A DNA stretch of 32,000 bases from Dickeya dadantii NCPPB 898 (GTDB lineage Bacteria > Pseudomonadota > Gammaproteobacteria > Enterobacterales > Enterobacteriaceae). Every line of letters begins with the position of its first letter. Within the stretch, counting starts at the first letter, position 1. Made by a program: the position numbers and the translations under genes. The DNA lies in assembly GCF_000406145.1 (NCBI RefSeq), contig NZ_CM001976.1, positions 3,233,206 through 3,265,205 on the forward strand, in the 5' to 3' direction. The notes under the pieces were generated by a model. The model was not told the origin of the DNA. It made no database searches and saw nothing but the letters and a program-made list of their open reading frames with translations. Below, piece after piece: positions 1 to 9,961 of this stretch.

Positions 1-377
1 AGGGTCGGCATGTTCAGATCGTTTTCCGACAACGCCACCTTCAACATGATGTCGCGGTTGCGCTCAATCGAAATCAGGTGATAGAAAACGGTAAAATCGG
101 CATCCGGCAAGCCCTGGCGGTGGGTACGCAGACGCTCATCCACGCCATGCAGGTCATGCAGCATCACATAGGGTTTAGGCTGCTTTTTCAGAAAAGCCAC
201 TACGTCCAGCAGTTGCTCACGTTTCACCCAAACCACCGGCAGGCCGGTGCGGGTTGCCTGAACGGTAAATGCTTCCGGTCCAAAACGGTTACACAGCTCG
301 CTGACGACCGGATCATCCTGATGATCTCGGGTTTGCCACGCAGGCAGAGCGACATCGTGCGTCGTTAAATCTGTCAT
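1..377 (-). CDS. nuoC: NADH:quinone oxidoreductase subunit C/D (NuoCD), 5' part only; gene continues past the left edge
   Basis: Hand translation of the minus strand from ATG at 377..375 gives [89 protein letters not shown]..., collinear with the enterobacterial NuoC N-terminus. It lies directly downstream of nuoB. It is absent from the ORF track because no stop falls inside the window. Confidence 0.9.
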   Translation of the reverse strand, partial: MTDLTTHDVALPAWQTRDHQDDPVVSELCNRFGPEAFTVQATRTGLPVVWVKREQLLDVVAFLKKQPKPYVMLHDLHGVDERLRTHRQGLPDADFTVFYHLISIERNRDIMLKVALSENDLNMPT

Positions 378-494
378 AAATTATGTCACCACAGTAAACG
401 TGCTATTTCTGTGACTGATAATGGCTACACACGATTTATCGTGATATGAATTTATCGTGATCTTACGTAGCCACTACAGCCTTCACTCACAGGG

Positions 495-1169
495 TCAAAT
501 CTCATCAGGAGAACGCAGATTGGTTACCGCAATGCGTTCTCCACGTTTACGTTCGCGCTCGGATTGCATATTGGCGCGGTAAACCCCCTGATCGCCTACC
601 ACCCATGACAGAGGGCGGCGCTCCTTACCGATGGACTCTTTCAGCAGCAACAGCGCCTGCATGTAGGCTTCCGGACGCGGCGGACATCCCGGGATGTACA
701 CATCAACCGGCAGGAACTTGTCCACGCCTTGCACCACGGAATAAATATCGTACATACCGCCGGAATTCGCACAGGCCCCCATGGAAATTACCCATTTCGG
801 CGCCAGCATCTGGTCGTACAAACGCTGAATGACCGGCGCCATTTTCAAAAAAGGCGTACCGGCCACGACCATGAAATCCGCCTGACGTGGTGAGGCGCGG
901 ATAACTTCGGAACCAAAACGCGCAACGTCATGCACCGAAGTAAACGACGTCGCCATTTCCACGTAGCAGCAGGAAAGACCGAAGTTATAAGGCCACAGGG
1001 AATTGCTGCGCCCCCAGTTGACCATGCTGTGCAGCGACTGTTCGAGGTTGCCCATGAAAACGCTGCGATTGACATGCTGTTCAAGCGGATCGCTGACAAT
1101 CTCTTGCTTCTGGAGGGGGTAACGGTCGTTCTCACCGTCCGGGTCAATGCGGGTGAGCGTATAATCCAT
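495..1169 (-). CDS. nuoB: NADH:quinone oxidoreductase subunit B
   Basis: The 224-aa [28 protein letters not shown]... carries the Fe-S cluster N2 cysteine motifs ([22 protein letters not shown]). Its tail [23 protein letters not shown] matches E. coli NuoB. Confidence 0.97.
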   Translation of the reverse strand: MDYTLTRIDPDGENDRYPLQKQEIVSDPLEQHVNRSVFMGNLEQSLHSMVNWGRSNSLWPYNFGLSCCYVEMATSFTSVHDVARFGSEVIRASPRQADFMVVAGTPFLKMAPVIQRLYDQMLAPKWVISMGACANSGGMYDIYSVVQGVDKFLPVDVYIPGCPPRPEAYMQALLLLKESIGKERRPLSWVVGDQGVYRANMQSERERKRGERIAVTNLRSPDEI

Positions 1170-1188
1170 CTTCTAAATGCCTCGCTAT

Positions 1189-1632
1189 TTACTGCTGATG
1201 AGTGTTGGGGGTCTGAGCCACGACATTGGATTTCACGACTTGTCTTTTGGAACGCGAAGGCGTCCAGTCCAACGCGCCGATACGCACCAGATAGATCAAA
1301 CCAGCCAACAACACCAAAATGAAAATTGTGGCCTCGACGAAGCCTATCCAGCCGCTCTCCCGTATAGATACGGACCAGGCATAGAGATAGAGGGCTTCAA
1401 CGTCGAAAATAACGAAAAACATGGCGACCAGGTAAAACTTGGCGGAGAGGCGCAACCGCGCGGAACCAACGGAATCGATACCCGATTCATAAGGAATATT
1501 TTTGTGTCTGGCCCGGGCTCTGCCTCCCAACAGGAAGCCGCCGAGCAACATAAAGCCGCAGAGACCTACAGCAACGATAACGAATAGCGCAAAAGCCCAG
1601 TGATGGGCGAGGACTTCAGTAGTTGTTGACAT
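1189..1632 (-). CDS. nuoA: NADH:quinone oxidoreductase subunit A
   Basis: The 147-aa membrane ORF has the same length as E. coli NuoA and contains [33 protein letters not shown]. It is the first gene of the nuo operon, and a 636-bp upstream regulatory region follows. Confidence 0.96.
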   Translation of the reverse strand: MSTTTEVLAHHWAFALFVIVAVGLCGFMLLGGFLLGGRARARHKNIPYESGIDSVGSARLRLSAKFYLVAMFFVIFDVEALYLYAWSVSIRESGWIGFVEATIFILVLLAGLIYLVRIGALDWTPSRSKRQVVKSNVVAQTPNTHQQ

Positions 1633-2235
1633 ACTCTTGCTTACTCATCAAAAGTGATCAGACACCTGCTCTTTTGTCGGCAGTTCGTCGCCACATCGAT
1701 TAAAAGGAAGGATTTTTCGCCACAAAAACGCCACAACTTATAAGGTTAAGCAGCTGTTTAATGAGGCCTGATTCCCTGTTATGTAACCTTATTTTCAACG
1801 CCACTAAAAATAACAGCACATTACTTTACATGCACGCAGTTTCGTTAACATTTTGTGTGCAACACGTTGACTAAATCGAGTCAGTCGACCGCTTCACGTT
1901 AACGATTCCACCCGCGGAAAGCCCTTATTGGTAGGGTGACTATACCATTTTCGGCAAGAATTCCTGTTCCCCCATAGGGTTAATAGGGGTATTTTTTGAT
2001 CCAGGGCACACTTTTTTCATTTATGTTAGTAAAAAAATTGCGTCGATTGCTCAACCATTAACCTTTTCATTCGATCAACATGGCTTTAAAAAAATAGAAA
2101 TGCAGTTTTAATAAAAAAAGAACACAAACAGCGTATTAGGCAAAGAGAGTTCAAAGGAAGTATAGAAGTGAACAGACAAACCGTGGTGGGAAAATCAACA
2201 TGGAAAAGACTGACTGAAGGATGAAAACCTAAGCC

Positions 2236-2260
2236 GTAGCGGGGCCTTTCACCCCGCTAC
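2236..2260 (-). terminator. Putative intrinsic terminator downstream of lrhA
   Basis: A 9-bp GC-rich stem (GTAGCGGGG / CCCCGCTAC) with a 7-nt loop begins 9 nt after the lrhA stop. On the minus strand it is followed by GGCTTAGGTTTTC, so the T-run is displaced and short. Confidence 0.5.
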
Positions 2261-2268
2261 GCTCGTAC

Positions 2269-3219
2269 TCAGGTAATATCTTTTAATGATTCATCTGTCG
2301 GCGGTTCCCGCAGCTCGCTTTCGGTCCCGGTGCTAACCGGCAGCAAATGCGAACGGGTGCCGGACTCGATAGCGCTGAAAATGGCATTGGTCAGATCGTT
2401 GTCATGATCCGGATTCCTGCACAGGTAATAACGCGTATCAGGCAGTTTCGGCAAGCCTTCTTCTTCACCCAACACGCGCAGTTCCGGACTCATCATTTCT
2501 ACCGAACGCACGGTAATCCCAAGACCGGCTTTTACCGCCGCGCGTACTGCGGACAGCGTAGAAGCGACATAAGAGATCTTCCACGGAATACCGGCGGCGG
2601 TCAGTTGATCCAGCGCCAGTGCGCGGAACGGACTCGGTTCATCCAGCACCACCAGCGAAACGGTCTCTCCCGGCTGATACTGATAATCAGCCGAGCAATA
2701 CCATAACGTCGGTGACGTGCGCAGCAACACATGCGGCAAATCGTCGCTGTTGGACGTAGTAATGACCAGATCAATTATCCCCTGCTGCAGCATATCCGTC
2801 ATTTCTGCGCTGCGTTTGATACTGACGGCGATCGACAGCTTCGGGAACACGGTGGTGACGCGTTGCAGGATGAAAGGCAGAATGGTATCCGCCGTATCAT
2901 CAGACGCGCCGATAGTCAGGGTGCCCTGAATATCGCTATACATCAGCGAGGCGCAAGCCTCATCGTTAAACTGCAGGATTTTTCTGGCATACCCAAGAAA
3001 CTGGATACCGTGCTCGGTCAGCAGCTTGTTTCGCCCGTGGCGGGCAAACAGCTCCTTACCAATTAACTGTTCCAGACGCTGCATCTGCTGGCTCACTGCC
3101 GACTGTGTTCTGCACACAGCCACAGCGGCGGCTGCAAACGTGTTCAAATCTGCAACAGCGACGAACGTTCTCAACAGATCGAGATCAAGATTGAGGACAG
3201 GGCGACTTGTATTTGTCAT
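2269..3219 (-). CDS. lrhA: LysR-family transcriptional regulator LrhA (PecT/HexA type)
   Basis: The ORF is collinear with E. coli LrhA (..[67 protein letters not shown]..). The track starts it at a GTG at 3231. The ATG at 3219 ([13 protein letters not shown]) fits the orthologue N-terminus better. The conserved position next to nuoA supports the call. Confidence 0.93.
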   Translation of the reverse strand: MTNTSRPVLNLDLDLLRTFVAVADLNTFAAAAVAVCRTQSAVSQQMQRLEQLIGKELFARHGRNKLLTEHGIQFLGYARKILQFNDEACASLMYSDIQGTLTIGASDDTADTILPFILQRVTTVFPKLSIAVSIKRSAEMTDMLQQGIIDLVITTSNSDDLPHVLLRTSPTLWYCSADYQYQPGETVSLVVLDEPSPFRALALDQLTAAGIPWKISYVASTLSAVRAAVKAGLGITVRSVEMMSPELRVLGEEEGLPKLPDTRYYLCRNPDHDNDLTNAIFSAIESGTRSHLLPVSTGTESELREPPTDESLKDIT

Positions 3220-4146
3220 ACGGTTCTTCACTTATCTATTTTAATTTTTAACAAACATACCTGGTGTTGATGTTGATGCCCCGGCAAGGGCCGGACGCAC
3301 AATATAAGACGGACAGTATCGCAGACGAACGGTTACGGCAAAAGGCCATGTATATTCCTTTCTCCGAATCGCCTCTTCCCTCAAGCCTCCTTATTTAAGC
3401 ATCTTATTACGTAATCAGACTTTCAAAAAGAACCTCTTTATTTATTTTAGATAATAAAATAAAAACCAAAAAAAAACCAGCCATCTCATCTCGCCGGAAA
3501 ATTACAATCAAGAGATATAAGATTTTGATTGCGCTTACGTTACGATGCGCACTCATCAAAATATACGACATCTCTTATTTTTCACTTTTAACGCATACTT
3601 TGTGCATCATTGATTCTCTGATTGCTTGAAAAAGACATTACGTTTAAAACATCAGCAAATTCTTAAATCGCGCCATCCAATTTGAAATCCTGTTTTAATT
3701 CAACCATAAAAACCATCAATCCACCTGATGAATCCACTTCCCTATCCTTTCACTTCATCAAAGATAGCCATCAGACCGAATCCGGCGCCGCTCACATGCA
3801 AATACATTTAATACAGTAAGTTACTATCACTGCATGACTTAGTTTTTATGTAAAGATTAATATTATTTTGTAAATTTGTTAAATAACACGCAAGGATATC
3901 ACATGTAACATAAATTTTCATGAAGTTACGCGAGGGCACTCTCTCCAGCCCCAAAATTATCTTATGAGCAGTGAGATATACCCTGCCTTTTTTATTCTTA
4001 CTCCATTTTTTCCGCTATTCGTTTAAATAACTCTGTTTTTTTATTATCAGCAAGTTGGCTGCATTTTATTTTTTTGCGGACAAAATACCGTTCTCCCATT
4101 TCCCCAGAGAGAAACATTTGCTTGCTCTTCTGCCATTACCGTATTT

Positions 4147-4169
4147 AAAAAAAGGGTTTTTATAACCCT
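4147..4169 (-). terminator. Orphan intrinsic-terminator-like hairpin inside the lrhA-alaA spacer
   Basis: The stem is AGGGTT (4153-4158) / AACCCT (4164-4169) with loop TTTAT. The plus strand has a 7-A run at 4147-4153, which gives a T-run right after the hairpin on the minus strand. The stem is only 6 bp. Confidence 0.4.
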
Positions 4170-4552
4170 CAAGGCAGCGATCATTTTATGATACCGGTTT
4201 CAGCGTTTGAATCAGGTATAAAAAATACGTCAATTGCTTCGGAGATTATTCCTTTCGACCACCGTCTGAACATGATTAATGCTTCGTCATGCGATCAGGA
4301 TGGATAAATTACCGACGCCAGAGGCTGTTTTATGGAGCTCGCTCTCAGTATCGGGCCGGAAATCGAAAGCACCATCACACTTTAATCACACATCATTAAC
4401 AATGATGTTGTTTATCGCTCTGGCTCCGATCGCTATCTGGAACCAGCTTCACAGCTATAGTAATGATTCTTCAAAACACACGGCGGGAAGAGTACATTAG
4501 ATGGGTTAGGCGATTACTCATCAGGAATGGGATCCTGTAAAAGGTTTGTTAA

Positions 4553-5767
4553 ATGTCACCAATAGAAAAATCGAAAAAACTGGAAAACGTTTGTTACGAT
4601 ATTCGTGGTCCAGTACTAAAAGAAGCAAAACGGCTGGAAGAAGAAGGCAATAAGGTACTCAAACTGAACATCGGCAACCCGGCGCCTTTCGGGTTCGATG
4701 CGCCGGATGAAATTCTGGTGGATGTCATCCGCAATCTGCCGACTGCGCAAGGCTACTGCGACTCCAAAGGGCTCTATTCCGCCCGCAAAGCCATCGTACA
4801 GCACTATCAGGCCCGCGATATGCGCGACATCACGCTGGAAGACGTCTACATCGGCAACGGTGTTTCCGAACTGATCGTCCAGTCGATGCAGGCGTTGCTG
4901 AATACCGGTGACGAAATGCTGGTACCGGCACCGGATTATCCGTTGTGGACCGCGGCCGTGTCGCTTTCCAGCGGCCATGCCGTGCATTATCGCTGTGACG
5001 AAGAGTCAGGCTGGTTCCCGGATCTGGATGACATTCGCAGTAAGATCACTCCTCGCACCCGCGGGATCGTGATCATTAACCCCAATAACCCTACCGGGGC
5101 GGTATACAGCAAAGAACTGCTGCTGGAAGTGGTTGAGATTGCCCGTCAGCATAGCCTGATTATTTTTGCCGACGAGATTTACGACAAGATCCTCTACGAT
5201 GACGCCCAGCATCATTCTATTGCTGCGCTGGCGCCTGATCTCTTAACCGTCACCTTCAACGGTCTGTCCAAAACCTATCGCGTAGCCGGATTCCGTCAGG
5301 GCTGGATGGTGCTGAACGGACCGAAAAAACACGCTCGCGGCTACATTGAAGGGCTGGAGATGCTGGCGTCGATGCGTCTGTGCGCCAACGTGCCGATGCA
5401 ACACGCGATTCAGACGGCGCTGGGCGGTTACCAAAGCATCAGCGAATTCATTCATCCAGGCGGACGTCTGTACGAACAGCGTAATCGCGCCTGGGAATTG
5501 ATCAACCAGATTCCCGGCGTATCCTGCGTTAAACCGAGCGGGGCGCTGTACATGTTTCCCAAGGTCGACGCCAAACGCTTCAACATTCATGACGACCAAA
5601 AGCTGGTGCTGGACCTGCTGCTGCAGGAAAAAGTACTGCTGGTGCAAGGTACCGCGTTCAACTGGCCGGAGCCGGACCACCTGCGTATCGTCACCCTGCC
5701 GCGTGTGGACGAGCTGGAAATGGCGATCAACAAATTCGGCCGCTTCCTGGAAGGTTATCACCAGTAG
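4553..5767 (+). CDS. alaA: Glutamate-pyruvate aminotransferase AlaA (YfbQ)
   Basis: The 404-aa ORF MSPIEKSKKLENVCYDIRGPVLKEAKRLEEEGNKVLKLNIGNPAPFGF... is a class I/II aminotransferase with the PLP-lysine context NGLSKTYRVAGFRQGW. It has the same length and position as E. coli alaA. Confidence 0.96.
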   Translation: MSPIEKSKKLENVCYDIRGPVLKEAKRLEEEGNKVLKLNIGNPAPFGFDAPDEILVDVIRNLPTAQGYCDSKGLYSARKAIVQHYQARDMRDITLEDVYIGNGVSELIVQSMQALLNTGDEMLVPAPDYPLWTAAVSLSSGHAVHYRCDEESGWFPDLDDIRSKITPRTRGIVIINPNNPTGAVYSKELLLEVVEIARQHSLIIFADEIYDKILYDDAQHHSIAALAPDLLTVTFNGLSKTYRVAGFRQGWMVLNGPKKHARGYIEGLEMLASMRLCANVPMQHAIQTALGGYQSISEFIHPGGRLYEQRNRAWELINQIPGVSCVKPSGALYMFPKVDAKRFNIHDDQKLVLDLLLQEKVLLVQGTAFNWPEPDHLRIVTLPRVDELEMAINKFGRFLEGYHQ

Positions 5768-5779
5768 CCGGATCGACGT

Positions 5780-5800
5780 CCGGTACCGCTTTGGTGCCGG
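5780..5800 (+). terminator. Hairpin after alaA (weak terminator candidate)
   Basis: CCGGTACC / GGTGCCGG forms an 8-bp stem with one G-U pair and a 5-nt loop, 13 nt after the alaA stop. It is followed by the T-rich GCATCTCTTTCTTCC. An overlapping alternative hairpin CCGGA..TCCGG lies at 5768-5783. Confidence 0.4.
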
Positions 5801-5918
5801 GCATCTCTTTCTTCCGTTGTGCTTTCTTCTTTTTCCGCCATCGCGTTCCGGCCTGATTTGCTTCTTGCTGTCCGAGCCGCCACAATGAATCCCTATTGCT
5901 GTACACCGAGAGACACTT

Positions 5919-6518
5919 ATGGTTCAAAGTCACTTCTTCGCCCATTTATCCCGCCTGAAACTGATTAGCCGCTGGCCGCTGATGCGCAATGTCCGGACCG
6001 AAAATGTCTCCGAGCACAGCCTGCAGGTGGCGTTTGTCGCTCATGCCCTCGCGGTGATCAAAAACCGCAAATTCAACGGCAACCTCAATGTGGGCCGCAT
6101 TGCCCTGCTGGCGATGTACCATGACGTCAGTGAAGTGCTGACCGGCGACATGCCCACCCCCATCAAGTATTACAACGCGCAGATTGCCCACGAATACAAA
6201 AAGATCGAAAAGATTGCCCGCCATAATCTGATTGCGATGCTACCTGCCGAACTGCAGCAGGATTTCAGCCCGCTGCTGGATGAATCCCATATCAGCGAAG
6301 AAGAGCACGCCATCGTGAAACAGGCGGATGCGCTTTGCGCGTACCTGAAGTGTCTGGAAGAACTGTCGGCCGGCAATAACGAATTTTTGCTGGCCAAAGC
6401 CCGGCTGGAAAAAACGCTCCAGCAGCGCCAGAGTCCGGAAATGGACTATTTCATGACGGTGTTTATTCCAAGCTTCAGCCTGTCGCTGGATGAAATCAGC
6501 CAGGAGTCGCCGCTTTAG
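5919..6518 (+). CDS. yfbR: 5'-deoxynucleotidase YfbR (HD-domain)
   Basis: The 199-aa [58 protein letters not shown] has HD-domain metal ligands. Its length equals that of E. coli YfbR. Confidence 0.95.
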   Translation: MVQSHFFAHLSRLKLISRWPLMRNVRTENVSEHSLQVAFVAHALAVIKNRKFNGNLNVGRIALLAMYHDVSEVLTGDMPTPIKYYNAQIAHEYKKIEKIARHNLIAMLPAELQQDFSPLLDESHISEEEHAIVKQADALCAYLKCLEELSAGNNEFLLAKARLEKTLQQRQSPEMDYFMTVFIPSFSLSLDEISQESPL

Positions 6519-6588
6519 TCAGCCTCCGCCTGTGGCGCCGCGCGCAGCCTGGCGGCAGCTCAGTCAGGCTGTGCAGGTGTATCGACGC

Positions 6589-8424
6589 TCAAAATGGGTA
6601 CAGCCACGGCACCATCACCACGCTGACGCCCATCACCAACAGCGTGAACGGCACCCCAACCCGAACAAAATCACTGAAACGATACCCGCCGGGCGCCAGT
6701 ACCAACGTATTCACCGGCGAAGAAACCGGCGTCATAAACGCGGCAGAAGCGGCAATGGCGATAATCATCGCAAAAGGATACGGCGAAACCTGCATCTGCT
6801 CCGCCGCCGCGATGGCAATCGGTGCCATCAGCACCGCCGTCGCCGTGTTGGAAATGAACAACCCCGTCAGCGCGCACAGCAGGAACAAGCACACCAACAT
6901 CATATGTGGACCGGCATCGCCGCCGATTTCCATCAACCCTTTGACGACCAATGCTACGCCGCCGGTTTGCTGCAACGCCAGCGCAAACGGCATCATGCCC
7001 ACAATCAGGATCAGGCTCGGCCAGTGCATGGCACGGTAGGCGCTTTCCATGTCGATGCAGCGAAACTGCCCCATCAACAGGCAGGCGATCAGCGCGGCGA
7101 TGGCGTTAGGGATTTCATCGGTAAGCATCATCGCCACCATCAGCGCCAGACAAAACAGCGCATGCGGCGCCTGATTGCTGGCTGGCGCCACTTCATCCAC
7201 TTCCGCCGGCAGGTTGAGCACAATAAAGTGGTGCTTGTGCTGGTGTAGCAGACGGATATTTTTCCAGTCGCCGATCACCAGTAAAATATCCCCCAGCTTT
7301 AACGCTTCATCAGCCAGCGTGCCTTCCAGCGCCTCGCCGTCCCGGCGAATGCCCACCACCGTCAATCCATAGCGGCTGCGAAACGACGCCTCCTGCAACG
7401 TTTTGCCCAACAGTCCGGAATCAGGGATCAGCGACACTTCCGCCATCCCCACATCCCGCGCCTGTTCAGAGAAATACTCACCGCGCAGCACCATCGGCTC
7501 CAGGCGCTGGGTGGCGCAGAACTCGCGCAGATCCACGTCTGATGCCGACATATCGATCAACAGCACATCATTCAGGCGCAATTCGCTATTGCCGCTGACG
7601 CTCACCATAATGCGCCGGAATTTCTGCCAGCGCTCAATCCCCACCACGTTGGCGCCGTAGCGCTGGCGTAATTGCAAATCATCCAGCCGCTGACCAATCA
7701 GCGGCGAGCCGGTGCGAATCGCCAGCCGGCGCGCGCGTCCGGTCAATCGATATTCCCGGATCAGGTCACGAAACGTTTTGCGCTTCCACCCTTCCTTGGG
7801 GTTATCGCTGTCCGTCACGGTCAGCCAAAAACGGGCCACCAGCATATACGCGATACCGATCAACAACACCACCACGCCAATCGGCGTGACGCTGAAAAAG
7901 CTGAACCCGGCCATGCCGGTACGCATCAGTTCACTGCTGACTACCATATTCGGCGGGGTCGCCACCAGCGTCATCATGCCGCTGATCAACCCGGCGAAAG
8001 CCAGCGGCATCATCAGGCGGGCCGGGGTGGTTTTCATTCGTGCGGCGACGTTCAGCACTACCGGAATAAAAATAGCCACCACGCCGGTCGAACTCATGAA
8101 AGCGCCCAGCAGCGCTACGGTGCACATCAGCAGAATCAGCATACGGGTTTCGCTCTGGCCGGCCACGCGCATCAACCAGTCGCCGACTTGATAAGCCACC
8201 CCGGTTCGCACCAGACCTTCGCCGATCACAAACAGCGCGGCGATCAGGAATACGTTCGGATCGCTGAAACCGATCAGCGCCTCCTGTAACGTCAGCGTGC
8301 CGCTTAGCACAAACGCCACAATCACCAGCAACGCGATCACATCCATGCGCAATTTACCGGTAGCAAACAACACAATGGCGATCAATAACAGCATGACAAC
8401 CCAGACAAGCGAACTGCTCAACAT
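6589..8424 (-). CDS. yfbS: SLC13/DASS-family permease with two central TrkA-C domains (YfbS)
   Basis: The 611-aa ORF has polytopic hydrophobic N- and C-terminal halves. These flank a soluble region with two RCK_C-like repeats (..[22 protein letters not shown].. and ..[22 protein letters not shown]..). Length and position match E. coli yfbS. Confidence 0.93.
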   Translation of the reverse strand: MLSSSLVWVVMLLLIAIVLFATGKLRMDVIALLVIVAFVLSGTLTLQEALIGFSDPNVFLIAALFVIGEGLVRTGVAYQVGDWLMRVAGQSETRMLILLMCTVALLGAFMSSTGVVAIFIPVVLNVAARMKTTPARLMMPLAFAGLISGMMTLVATPPNMVVSSELMRTGMAGFSFFSVTPIGVVVLLIGIAYMLVARFWLTVTDSDNPKEGWKRKTFRDLIREYRLTGRARRLAIRTGSPLIGQRLDDLQLRQRYGANVVGIERWQKFRRIMVSVSGNSELRLNDVLLIDMSASDVDLREFCATQRLEPMVLRGEYFSEQARDVGMAEVSLIPDSGLLGKTLQEASFRSRYGLTVVGIRRDGEALEGTLADEALKLGDILLVIGDWKNIRLLHQHKHHFIVLNLPAEVDEVAPASNQAPHALFCLALMVAMMLTDEIPNAIAALIACLLMGQFRCIDMESAYRAMHWPSLILIVGMMPFALALQQTGGVALVVKGLMEIGGDAGPHMMLVCLFLLCALTGLFISNTATAVLMAPIAIAAAEQMQVSPYPFAMIIAIAASAAFMTPVSSPVNTLVLAPGGYRFSDFVRVGVPFTLLVMGVSVVMVPWLYPF

Positions 8425-8518
8425 GCCTCCTCCTGACGTTAACGGTCCTTATTCATCAGGCGGTATTCCAGCTGGAAGCGCACTCCCCGGAGAAACCGCT
8501 TTAAAATCAGCATGCCAT

Positions 8519-8543
8519 AAAAAAACCCTGACAAAGCAGGGTT
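8519..8543 (-). terminator. Rho-independent terminator downstream of hxpA
   Basis: The stem AACCCTG / CAGGGTT has a 6-nt loop. The plus strand has a 7-A run at 8519-8525, which is a T-run immediately 3' of the hairpin on the minus strand. It lies about 30 nt after the hxpA stop. Confidence 0.8.
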
Positions 8544-8571
8544 TTGATCATGTTTATTCCGGTTTGGGGCA

Positions 8572-9228
8572 TCATTTCAGGCTGATGTTCACCCAGCCAT
8601 CCGCTGTACGCGAAATCTGCAATTGCTCAAGAGAATGTAATGCGGCATCCACCTCATCCAAACGCGGCGTGTCGGCCGGCGCATTCACCGCGACCACCAG
8701 ACACCCCGCAGCCAGACCAGACAGCACGCCGGCCGGCGCATCCTCTACCACCATGCACTCGGCGGGAGCCAGCCCAAGCCGCTGTGCGCCCAGCAGATAA
8801 GCGTCCGGATTCGGCTTGCCATGCGCCACCTGCTCCGCGGTAATGAACTCGCGCGGAGCAGACAACCCAGCGGCACGGTGGCGGGCATGTGCAATAGGTA
8901 CCGTGCCCGACGTCACGATCGCCCACGGAATATCCAGCTCGTCCAGCCTGACCAGCAGCGCCTGTGCGCCCGGCATCGCCGCAATACCGGTGGTATCGGT
9001 CGCTTCCACCTGCTCCAGCGCGACAAACTCACGCTGAATCGTCTCCTCACTGGCACCAGCCAGAAAATGACGCAACGAGGTGATGGCCTGCTTGCCATGA
9101 ATAAAATCCAGAACTATCTGCGGGTCGATATCATGATCTTTTGCCCAGTTGCTCCAGGCCCGTTCCACCGCAGGCAGTGAATCCACCAGCGTGCCGTCAA
9201 GATCAAACAGAAAACCTTTACACTCCAC
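8572..9228 (-). CDS. hxpA: HAD-superfamily sugar/hexitol phosphatase (YfbT/HxpA)
   Basis: The 218-aa ORF (GTG start) reads MECKGFLFDLDGTLVDSLPAVERAWSNWA... It has the HAD motif I DxDGT and ends ..VVEDAPAGVLSGLAAG..NAPADTPRL. It is collinear with E. coli YfbT. A GAAGGGG RBS lies 7 nt upstream. Confidence 0.94.
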   Translation of the reverse strand: MECKGFLFDLDGTLVDSLPAVERAWSNWAKDHDIDPQIVLDFIHGKQAITSLRHFLAGASEETIQREFVALEQVEATDTTGIAAMPGAQALLVRLDELDIPWAIVTSGTVPIAHARHRAAGLSAPREFITAEQVAHGKPNPDAYLLGAQRLGLAPAECMVVEDAPAGVLSGLAAGCLVVAVNAPADTPRLDEVDAALHSLEQLQISRTADGWVNISLK

Positions 9229-9248
9229 AGAAAGCCCCTTCTTTACTA

Positions 9249-9316
9249 TTTATTACCTGGCTAAATTTATTACCTGGCTAAACCTATTACCTGGCTGAAC
9301 CGTTATCCGGCTTACC
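9249..9316. repeat. 17-bp tandem repeat array (2 perfect, 1 near-perfect and 1 degenerate copy)
   Basis: The copies are TTTATTACCTGGCTAAA (9249-9265), TTTATTACCTGGCTAAA (9266-9282), CCTATTACCTGGCTGAA (9283-9299) and CCGTTATCCGGCTTACC (9300-9316). The array fills most of the 102-bp spacer between the yfbU stop and the hxpA start. Confidence 0.9.
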
Positions 9317-9330
9317 CGGCCCTGAATTTA

Positions 9331-9825
9331 TCAGGCATTGATGATTTGCGCGATCTCCACCGCACTCAGGTGATACTGACGCGGACAGGATTGCCAAATC
9401 GCCAGCATACGGATGTATTTATCCCACATTTTGGTCTGTGAGTTAAAGCCATGCGTGCCGGAATCAAAGTGGGGGTAGCGCCCTTCCACGTGCACCATGA
9501 AACGCACGTAGCCGAGGTAGCGCGCCTCGGTGGCGGCATCAAAGCCAAGAAACGCCAGACGGCGCTCATCCATGTCCGGTTTCTCTTTCAGGTTGGCCCA
9601 GGAAACCTGCAGCGCGTGATGCATTTCCATAATATTAATGAGGGTACGGCACACATCTTCATTCAAATCGCCAAAATCGCGATCCAGTTCCCGCATTTGC
9701 AGCCCATAGCCCCGTTCAATAATGGTTTGCAGGCGGCGGTAACGTTCCGCATTATCGGGATCCAGCATTGTCATCATTTTGTACTGATTGGACAGGATAA
9801 GTCTCTGAGCATTAGTCATTTCCAT
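9331..9825 (-). CDS. yfbU: UPF0304 family protein YfbU
   Basis: From the ATG at 9825 the ORF reads [48 protein letters not shown]... It is 164 aa, the same as E. coli YfbU, and is preceded by CAGGAG 6 nt upstream. The track start at 9879 adds 18 non-conserved codons. Confidence 0.95.
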   Translation of the reverse strand: MEMTNAQRLILSNQYKMMTMLDPDNAERYRRLQTIIERGYGLQMRELDRDFGDLNEDVCRTLINIMEMHHALQVSWANLKEKPDMDERRLAFLGFDAATEARYLGYVRFMVHVEGRYPHFDSGTHGFNSQTKMWDKYIRMLAIWQSCPRQYHLSAVEIAQIINA

Positions 9826-9961
9826 GGTGCACTCCTGAATCTGATTCCGGCTAAAGGGATATTGACAGCAGAATCGCATACTGGCTGGCGTTCGTTTCTT
9901 GATTTAAAACAGAATCCAATGGAAAAAATGTCAGCGTCTTTGGCTAAAAACCGGGTTTACA

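Noticed and set aside
1970-1997. CCCC-N12-GGGG hairpin followed by a T6 run on the plus strand in the nuo upstream region
   Set aside because: The stem is only 4 bp with a large loop, and no plus-strand gene or promoter lies upstream of it. This is insufficient to call a terminator or sRNA.
4279-4500. 73-aa plus-strand ORF just upstream of alaA
   Set aside because: It has no Shine-Dalgarno sequence and no recognisable family, and its codon usage is AT-rich and unlike the flanking genes. It lies in the alaA promoter and leader region and is most likely non-coding.
6490-8800. Plus-strand ORFs 6490..7248, 7672..8289 and 8297..8800
   Set aside because: These are antisense to yfbS and hxpA. Their His/Arg/Gln-rich composition marks them as shadow ORFs.
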